A DNA stretch of 64,000 nucleotides from Epithemia pelagica (taxonomy: Eukaryota > Protista > Bacillariophyta). A model generated the notes under the pieces. The model had not been told where the DNA came from. It saw nothing but the letters and a program-made list of their open reading frames with translations, and searched no databases. The position numbers and the translations under genes were made by a program. The stretch is from positions 4,588,001 to 4,652,000 of the forward strand of contig OX337229.1 of assembly GCA_946965045.2 (NCBI GenBank). The letters are read 5' to 3'. Positions 56,011 to 64,000 of this stretch are shown here, piece after piece (position 1 is the first letter of the stretch; each line of letters opens with the position of its first letter).

Positions 56011-57252
56011 TCATTGAGACGAAGATTTCAGATTATTTTTCCTCCAAGGAATTGGTGCCTGGTCCGTTCGATATCTTTGCGTACACCAAGAGTCTTCTAT
56101 GGGGGTTATACATCCATGTTGTAGTGCCAAAATTCCTGCTTGTGCAATCATTGCTCCGTTATCAATACAATAGCGATGATCCATTGCACATACCTTGCCT
56201 TTGGGTCGGCGATCTTGCACCATGAGTTCCATCATTTCTTGCAATCGTACATTGCACGCGACACCACCCACCATGAGCACTTCCGATGCTCCTGCGTGGG
56301 CCATTGCTCGTTCCGTGATCTCCACAAGCATGGCGAATATAGTCTCTTGCAAGGAAAAGCACAAATCCGCTTTGGTAACTTCTCCCGTCTTGAGCTTGGT
56401 CTTGGCCAATTGTTCCACATGAGTCAGCAGACCCGAAAAACTGACATCCATACCCTTCACAGTATAGGGCAGTTCAATGTACTTGGCAGACCCGTCTCCA
56501 TTTGATTTTGCTGTCTGCTCAATATTGTATCCAGGTGAAGGGTCGTTCGAAAGACCAATGACTCGAGCAAATCGATCAAGGCAATTTCCAACGGCAATAT
56601 CAATGGTTTCACCAAAAATATGATAGGATCCACTGTCGTTGTAACAGATGACCTGTGTGTTTCCCCCGCTGACATAAAGTACAACGGGGTTTGCACTATT
56701 CGTCACCATTCGTCCCATCTCAATGTGCCCCACACAGTGATTGACGCCCACAAGAGGAATATTCCACAACAAGGAGAGTGTTCGGGCCGCCACAGCACAT
56801 GATTGCAGGGGCGCACCCATGCCCGGACCCTTGGTGTAACAAATTCCCGACAAAAGACGTTCTGGGCGATCCATTCCAGGGAAGGCCATTGTGAGGGATG
56901 TTCGAACCAGAGCCACAATGTGATTTTGATGGTGCCAAGCCGTTTCTTTGGGCAAAAAGCCATGCCCTGGTGGGGCCACATATGTTTTTCGTGGATTGGA
57001 CAAGATTGAATAGCGGCAGGTCTTAGGATCGTATTGCAGCACCCCAACTCCGACTTTATTCGCAGAGCCTTCAATTCCCAAAACAATCGTACGACCATTT
57101 TCCACGTCCTTAATGTCGTACGTTGGATTTAGAGGCAAAGGATTGTTCTCAAGTTCATCTTCGCTTCCTCTCTCGCAATTTTCATATTTCCTCTTTAATG
57201 ACGATTTGTCCGGTTCCTTGTTGCCTTGCGAGCTCTGGTTTTCTTCCGACAT
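56011..57252 (-). CDS. OSGEP: tRNA N6-adenosine threonylcarbamoyltransferase Kae1/OSGEP
   Basis: [69 protein letters not shown]. Confidence 0.96.
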   Translation of the reverse strand: MSEENQSSQGNKEPDKSSLKRKYENCERGSEDELENNPLPLNPTYDIKDVENGRTIVLGIEGSANKVGVGVLQYDPKTCRYSILSNPRKTYVAPPGHGFLPKETAWHHQNHIVALVRTSLTMAFPGMDRPERLLSGICYTKGPGMGAPLQSCAVAARTLSLLWNIPLVGVNHCVGHIEMGRMVTNSANPVVLYVSGGNTQVICYNDSGSYHIFGETIDIAVGNCLDRFARVIGLSNDPSPGYNIEQTAKSNGDGSAKYIELPYTVKGMDVSFSGLLTHVEQLAKTKLKTGEVTKADLCFSLQETIFAMLVEITERAMAHAGASEVLMVGGVACNVRLQEMMELMVQDRRPKGKVCAMDHRYCIDNGAMIAQAGILALQHGCITPIEDSWCTQRYRTDQAPIPWRKNNLKSSSQ

Positions 57253-57577
57253 TGCGATTGCGAGCAGAAAAAGAAGGTGGGATGCTGTGGAATACGGATC
57301 GTCCCATTGATCGAATAATTTGATTCCCTCTTGGTTAATCAGAAAGAGATGTCAAACAAATCTCCTGTATATCCGGGCTAATTTCTGGTGACGGACAGAC
57401 GCTGTCTTTTGACCGTTCAGAATTCTCGCAGTGTCTTTCGGTTGGGTCCATGAGATATCAGCGGATCTTTAATGGCAAAAGGTCGAAGTCGAAAGTGGAA
57501 TCGCAGAGCTATTGGGAGCTTGTAATCTGAGTGGAAACGCTAAAACCTAAGCCCATCCCTCTGGTCAGATCGTGGTC

Positions 57578-59561
57578 ATGTTTTCGTCACGGTTTCTCAA
57601 TGGCGCTCGGCGGACAACATCCCGAGGACAATATGAAGCAAATCTTTGGTGTCAATCACAGTGGCGACCGCATCCGAGGCTTGTCCAATCTTCCATTCGA
57701 TTCTATCGGTCAGAAGGAGGGCGGATCGCAGCTGCGTCTACATTGGCAGATGGGAAAATTGTGACCGACGATTCGTCCATCATGGGATATTTTGTAGCGA
57801 CCGCGTTGGGCTTTGCGATCGCGACCGTGGTGGCAAGTGGTGGGAACTCAGGACATTATGACGATCGTAAATCTTTGTGCGAACAGGATTCTTCAGAAGA
57901 AGGCGACCCTTCTGTCTACGTGAGCAGCAGCGATCCAATGATGCTTCCCTCAGTGGACGAGGAAAGTACGAAGCAGTATGCTGATGTTAGATTACGACCC
58001 ATACAACCCAATCGGAATTTGGACATTGATCTTCGCGATCCAACGTCACCCCTTCGCAAATCCATCATGGCTCTGGGATCAACCATGGCATTGGATCCAC
58101 TTGAAAAAACATTGGCAACCAGTCATGGTGGTGGTTCGACCTTTCCTGCTCTTTTGGCCTTCTCCCTCAAACAAACGCAGCAACGACAGCGTGCGAAGGA
58201 TACAGCTCAACAGGAAGAGGAAGGATCCATGACGACGCCAGAACAAAGAGTAGAAAGTTTGAAACACCAATTTCATGACGAGAATACCCCAGTAACTACA
58301 CGAAAGGCCTACTTTTACAAGACACCACAGATTGGTTCCTCAGTGGTCGCAGAAAAGTTGACGCTTCTTGCTGGCCCCTCCTCGGAGGTAAGTTCAAGAC
58401 AGAGAAGATCCTGTTATTACTACGCCTCTTTTCCATTGAGAGCTTTTCTCACAGGGCGCTATGCTAACAGGAGTTGGGAAGTGACATTGCGCATCTGCTT
58501 GGCGTCCCTGTTAGTCGAATGGATGTTGGTCATTTCGCGGATGGAGAAACAAGAGTTCAAATCCAAGAATCGGTCCGGGAGAAGCATGTGTACATTGTTA
58601 ATTCAACAACAAGCTCTGATGCAATCATGGAGTTATTTTTAATGATATCGGCCTTGCGTCGTGCCAGTGCAAAACGAATAACCGCTGTTATCCCATATTT
58701 TGGATATGCAAGACAAGATGAAAGCAAACTACGGGAACCTATTGCTGCAGCCGACATGGCACTCATGTTGGAAGAGATGGGCGTCGACCGAGTTATTTGT
58801 GTCGATCTTCACAATGATACCGTGCGTGGGTTCTTTTCACCATTAGTTCCTGTGGAGGTAAGTTTTTGCTTGTAATGGCTCGAACATTTGTAAAGTTGAA
58901 CGACTTTCTCACTTGTTTACCATTCTGGCAGCACCTGATGCCTGCCCCCGTCGCAGCGGCGTACTTCCACGAAGAATTGGCAACGCTCAAATCTTCCGAT
59001 GGCGGGAAAACGGACTCGAATCACGATTATCCACGGGTAACTGTGGTCGCTGCCCATGAGGGACAAGTCGGCCGAGCCACACAATTTCGAGATGTACTTG
59101 GGAGATTGTCCGGAGAGCAAATTGAACTCGCTGTATTAACAAGGAGTCGCATGAAAGCAGGGGCGAAAACATACGAGCCACAGCTTGTAGGAAAAGTGCG
59201 TGGTCGAAAGTGTATTATTGTGGATGATATTGTGAATACTGGTACGACACTTGTTAGCAATGTGAAGATGTTACGGCAAGAGGGTGCCGACGCAGTTTAC
59301 GCTTGGGCAACCCACGGAGTTTTTGGAGCTGCGCACTGTCAACAGACTCTCGAACGAATTGCTAGTTTGGATGACTTGGAGTATCTTCTGATAAGCAACT
59401 CAACATCAACTCCACGACTCATGCCTCTAAAGATTCGAACTCTCAATGTGGCCCCGCTGCTAGCGGAAGCAATTGCCAGAGCACTCCACGACAAGTCTAT
59501 CAGTAGCATTCTTAGCCTTGAACCACTGGAACAAGTGCAACGCTACGATGGCGATCCATAA
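57578..59561 (+). CDS. PRPS: Ribose-phosphate pyrophosphokinase-like protein with long N-terminal extension, ~608 aa
   Basis: Exons 57578-58387, 58471-58857, 58932-59561. Motifs [42 protein letters not shown]. Confidence 0.88.
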
Positions 59562-59752
59562 CTGCAAAAGACAAGGCTTCGATCTTTCTAGACGGCAAAG
59601 GCCTCAGTCTCAACGTTTATTAAGGGGTGGGCTGTACTTCAAAACGCTTGCGTAATGGAAAAATTGCAACATTCTACATAGATAGATTAATGTACGTGCA
59701 TGAACAATAGCGCGACAAGCTCGCAAAAACATTTCCTTGAAAAGGATTCCAG

Positions 59753-60403
59753 TTATGAATCGGGCTTGAACCCAACAAATTCCATGAGATCCATAAGAAC
59801 CCCTTTCGACTTGGACTTCTTCGACAGCATATCAATTCTGCAACAGGGACAATTATCCTGGTAGTCTAGCCAGTTAAAGAGGCATTCTCGATGGAACCAT
59901 TTCTTGCAGCCATCATCACAAGAAGTTACGAGTTCGTTTTCCTTGAACTCCGCAAGGCATATACAACATGTAGTGCATTCCATAGTGTCCATTCTGACGT
60001 GAGTTCTCAGGGCCTCTTTGAGCGTAAGCCGTAACCTTCTTTGAACAAAGAAACTCAAGTCGAGACGTCGTTCGTTCACAATCAAGTTCCATGTGGTTAT
60101 AAACTTGTACCAAGCGACAATGTTGGCGACGACAGCGCTGGTAAAATAACCGTAAAGCACAAAGTAGGCCACATTCCACGGTGTGAAGATGGGTCTCGAT
60201 GAGATCTGCGCCAACATATGTTCGTGTTCTTCGGTAGTATTTCCGGGGAAGGAATCAAAATGGATATCCTCGGATTTAAAAGGGTATTGCGATTTCTCGC
60301 CGATTCCAAGCACTTGCTCAAGAGTTCCGTCTTGACAGAAAGCAAAGAAAGATTTCAAAACCCAAGTCGTCGTTGTGATGGCTATGGCTTCTTGCTCGGC
60401 CAT
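59753..60403 (-). CDS. Single-TM RING-H2 protein
   Basis: TM VAYFVLYGYFTSAVVANIVAW; CCICLAEF…C…FHRECLFNW…CPCCR. Confidence 0.85.
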   Translation of the reverse strand: MAEQEAIAITTTTWVLKSFFAFCQDGTLEQVLGIGEKSQYPFKSEDIHFDSFPGNTTEEHEHMLAQISSRPIFTPWNVAYFVLYGYFTSAVVANIVAWYKFITTWNLIVNERRLDLSFFVQRRLRLTLKEALRTHVRMDTMECTTCCICLAEFKENELVTSCDDGCKKWFHRECLFNWLDYQDNCPCCRIDMLSKKSKSKGVLMDLMEFVGFKPDS

Positions 60404-61385
60404 ACCACGGAGAAAGGAACTTTAATAACACCCCCGTCTGTGATGGGCGATTAAGGAAGTGAACAAGATGCTATATAGCAACTTGGTTTACAGCGGGAAC
60501 CAAGCTGGCAGTTCGAGACCTGTGCAACCCGACCTTTACCAATTGTTCTGCGGTTTTCAACAACTGGGGTTCTAACAACGAAAACGGAACATGACACGGT
60601 TTCACGGTGAGGGTTTTTCCTGTGATCTTGACACTGATGGGTCTATGTCTTCTGTATCAGCACGGGTTCGGGTCGTGAGAACAAAAGTAAACGAATAGAA
60701 TCAATCAATCTCTTTCGATAAAGTATCGAAATATTTTGTTGATCGTTAGAGGTGTTGCTTCTGTTGTCTTGTGGAATGAGCTACACAAGATACCGAAGAT
60801 ACCACACTCGCGAGAAATGTTGGACGCGCGGGTCGTTGCCAAATGTGTTCTATTTTGTAGTCGGATGTCGGATGTCTGTTGAAGCTTCTGGCACGTGTCT
60901 ATAGGGAGTCGCATCCGCCAGCGCAAGCAGCTGACGATGATTTTCGGAGACAGTCGCGTCACGCTGTGTTGATCGTGAAACCATACACACGCGATGAATT
61001 CATAAGCCCCATGTACGTGGCAATAATGATATGTGTGACCAGGACTAAAACATTCGCGGGCAATTATTGATCGACTGCAAGTGGGGCAAAATCATCAAAG
61101 TGGGGTCTATTTAGAGCTATCATACCATAAAGAGATATTGAGCCAATGCATCGTTAGGAACTTGAAAAAGTTTCTTGATCATTACGCGATCCGCTTTAGC
61201 ATTTCATTCAACTTGTACGAAGCGAAACTATATTGAACGACTTCCTGTTTGTGCCTGAACACGAATTTGGGTGTAATATTTTTGCCACCGACAGGAACGT
61301 ATGAGGCACTTTTTGTCGTTAGTGTAATGTATGTGTGTGTCTTTCTTGATGTGTGTTCTGGGAAAAATTCTTGTGCTACCAAGCT

Positions 61386-63038
61386 CTATGAACGACCTCC
61401 ACGACCCCTACCACCTCCACGGTCACCACCCCTCCCTGAGCCGCTACCACTTCGGCGATATTGATGACGACCATTGCCGGGTTGCCCACCACCTCGATAA
61501 TTTCCACGTCCACCTTGATTACGACGTCGGTTCTGTTGATCTGCAGTCTTTTGATAGATTTCCAGCGTGTTACCATGTAACTCCATAGGCTGGTCCTTTA
61601 CCTTGTCAACGGCCGCAAGGACAGGTTTGGGAGAATTGAAGTCCACAAAGGCAATTCCACGCCCCGCAGAAACAGTTAGTCCTTGTACTTTGGTACCAGT
61701 TTCGTTTGCAAACGGTTCAAACATTTCACGAACATCGGTTTCACTCGTCTCTGCCGCAATATTCTTTATCACCAGGGTACAATCCGGATCCCTCTTGCTA
61801 ATGCGGGGTTGACGGTTCGTGGCACTACTTTCGACCTTGTTGTTGTTGCTTGCACTGTTACTGCCAACATTATTGCCAACACTTCCATTGCTCGCACTGC
61901 CGTTCGTGGTGCTGTTTCCGGGACCATCTGTGGATGACTGGTTTGTTACAGGCTTCGCTTGAGTTGGGGCGGGAGAAGCTGCCTTCGGACCCATGCCAAC
62001 AGATCTAGCAGGAGTGCTAGGGGCTGATGATGTTGCCTGGCCTTTTCCACTCGCTACCAGGCTAGCCCATGAACCAGGGGGTGGTTTTGCCACTGCCGCA
62101 GCTCCCTGAGACGGTTCCTCTGTCACTACTGGTTCCAACTTGTTGCCGTTTGTAGCCACTGTACCTTCTTTCGCCACCTGTTTCACTTCATCCATATCTC
62201 CTCTGACCGGCTCCTGATCAACACCTAGTTCCTCTCCCGTAGTCTTCGTACCATCTTCGTCAACCGGACTATCGTATTGGAGTTGATCATCTTCAAAAAC
62301 TGATTCCTTTGATTCCTCCACACCTCCACCTGGCGCATCTTTTACCTCCGATGTTTGGGCCGCAGTCGTCAAATCGCCCTCAGCGTTCACGTCGTCCGTA
62401 CTATGCATGACTTCAGAAAGCGGGGGATCCTGAACAGTCGACGGAAGCTGTACAGCGGGTTCAGTAACAAGCATCTCTTCATCTTGTGTCGTGTTCGAAG
62501 CAATGACAGTCTTTTCCTCATCATCCTGCAAGAACCGAAGAATATCATTTTGGACAGAAAAAGACTTCTTGTTCCCCGGTCCAACAGTACTGACAAGGAA
62601 AAAGGTATGCACAAAGCCTTTTCTGCGTTGTTGAGGGGCAATTGCGAGGTCTTTGTCGCCATCCTCTCCATTCTCTGGAGGGTGATAGACAACATGACCA
62701 GTTGCAACCAACAAGATTCCACCATTCACCGAAAACTGTGCATCAATCGCACCATTTTCAAACTCAAATCGAATGTCCCAGCTGCCGAAACTACCCTGAG
62801 AGAACCTATCCTTGAGTTGTTGCCCATGTAGGGCCTCAAAGCTTTGGGGTTGAACTGGTTCAGAGCCAATGCCAACCGAGAAAACGGACGAAGGATGGTA
62901 CATTCGTACGACCTCATCGGGATTGGTTGAGAGGCTACGGTAGTACTTCTTGACAAAGTGAGTTCCGACGATCAGCGCCGAAGGACCATCTCCAGAAGGT
63001 GGAGTGGGGGTGGACGACCCACTTCGAGCAAGGCTCAT
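61386..63038 (-). CDS. G3BP-like NTF2-RRM-RGG stress-granule protein
   Basis: NTF2: VGTHFVKKYY…IDAQ…FVHTFFL…VQNDILR. Acidic linker and WASLV motif. RRM: TLVIKNI…GIAFVDF. RGG tail. Confidence 0.88.
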   Translation of the reverse strand: MSLARSGSSTPTPPSGDGPSALIVGTHFVKKYYRSLSTNPDEVVRMYHPSSVFSVGIGSEPVQPQSFEALHGQQLKDRFSQGSFGSWDIRFEFENGAIDAQFSVNGGILLVATGHVVYHPPENGEDGDKDLAIAPQQRRKGFVHTFFLVSTVGPGNKKSFSVQNDILRFLQDDEEKTVIASNTTQDEEMLVTEPAVQLPSTVQDPPLSEVMHSTDDVNAEGDLTTAAQTSEVKDAPGGGVEESKESVFEDDQLQYDSPVDEDGTKTTGEELGVDQEPVRGDMDEVKQVAKEGTVATNGNKLEPVVTEEPSQGAAAVAKPPPGSWASLVASGKGQATSSAPSTPARSVGMGPKAASPAPTQAKPVTNQSSTDGPGNSTTNGSASNGSVGNNVGSNSASNNNKVESSATNRQPRISKRDPDCTLVIKNIAAETSETDVREMFEPFANETGTKVQGLTVSAGRGIAFVDFNSPKPVLAAVDKVKDQPMELHGNTLEIYQKTADQQNRRRNQGGRGNYRGGGQPGNGRHQYRRSGSGSGRGGDRGGGRGRGGRS

Positions 63039-64000
63039 GGCCGAAAGCAAAGCGATCTTTGCGATTCAATGACGCACGGTCTACCGTTCAAAGCGAAACA
63101 AAACCGAAATTCTCTCCCCGGTCAGTAAGATTACGGAGCTTCTAACAGGACCGCAAACTCTCGACACTCTTCTCTTTGTTGAAGGTGCAAACCTCTGGGG
63201 AAGAGGAAACAAAGCCGAGAAGAATCCAAAGATCGAACGCAATCTGTTCCAGTTAGCCGAATCAGAACGGACCGACCCTGACTTCAGTGTGACCTTAATC
63301 ACAGGGCCACCGAGCAAAGAAGGGTTTAGGAGTGAAAGATAGACAAACGATCCCCCGAGAAGAAGAAATTATTATATCACACAACCTTCGATTGCCTTCT
63401 CTCTTTGTGTTGTGTTGGCTCCGTGGTGGTGCAGCGCTGCGCGGTGCAACGTGCAACATTGGTCTGTTGTGGTGTCCACCAAAGCCGCCTCGACGTCTGT
63501 CTGTCTGCTGGCTGTGGATCTTAGCTGCGCGCGTTAATGGAGTCTACCCAGAGAAAAATCTCCGTGGCGCTATCGACTATCGAAGCGAATTCCATCTAGC
63601 TCTCTAGCAAACGCTATTGCTAATAATACAGCTTGGAGTTGGCGATCGCTGAAGCCATACCTAACAGGAGAGATGGAAAGAAAACAGCAAACCGCTTCAC
63701 TTCAGACTTGCGCCGCAGTGGTGAGTGCATCTCATATCTCTCTCGTCTTAGTTAGATAGAATCCACATAATTCGGCAACAGAATGATCCTGCTTGTGCTT
63801 GTATGGTTCAATCCGGCGTCTATAGCAAGACTGTTGTTGGATCGCTCAATCCCACTCTGATCCACCGCGTTTCCGTGATGTATTGAACCCTTGGTCTTTT
63901 GCCATGCGTTCTTCTTGAAGCGCCTCGTGCTTCGTGCGCCTGGCACGATTGAGCTGGTATTTTTGTGACATTTCCTGTAAGGCCAGATCCGTCAAGCGTT

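Noticed and set aside
63600-64000. tRNA or other structured RNA genes (e.g. GGTTCAATCC near 63805)
   Set aside because: No complete cloverleaf or A/B-box spacing was found here or elsewhere by eye; tRNAscan-SE would be decisive.

Overview
Eukaryotic nuclear DNA, most consistent with a pennate diatom: compact genes, 51-110 nt GT-AG introns, bipartite plastid-targeting presequences and diatom-typical expanded families. The species cannot be determined from this window. It holds about 23 host genes: two paralogous cyclic-nucleotide-regulated kinases, ASH2L, plastid SecE and Rps1, a DUF547 protein, a FANCD2-like protein, a GT92 glycosyltransferase, mS35, SelO, an LRR membrane protein, an HSF, a PPR protein, a GAF/pseudo-histidine kinase, BUB1/MadBub, two RING-H2 ligases, OSGEP, PRPS, G3BP-like and several unknowns. 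Things the ORF track misses: (1) SelO reads through an in-frame TGA (MS-U-SS-TAA), followed by a hairpin directly after the stop and a SECIS-like fold with an unusually long apical stem. (2) A complete 2862-bp PIF/Harbinger transposon (TIRs, TAA TSD, intact DDE transposase) whose second gene appears to fuse a helical DNA-binding domain to an HSP20/alpha-crystallin-like domain, with a symmetric 221-bp nested palindrome at its centre. (3) A 1.54-kb non-autonomous element with perfect TIRs and TA flanks. (4) A two-member foldback MITE family with 10-bp TSDs. All four mobile elements lie in head-to-head intergenic regions. All family assignments are by motif recognition by eye; no database search was run.
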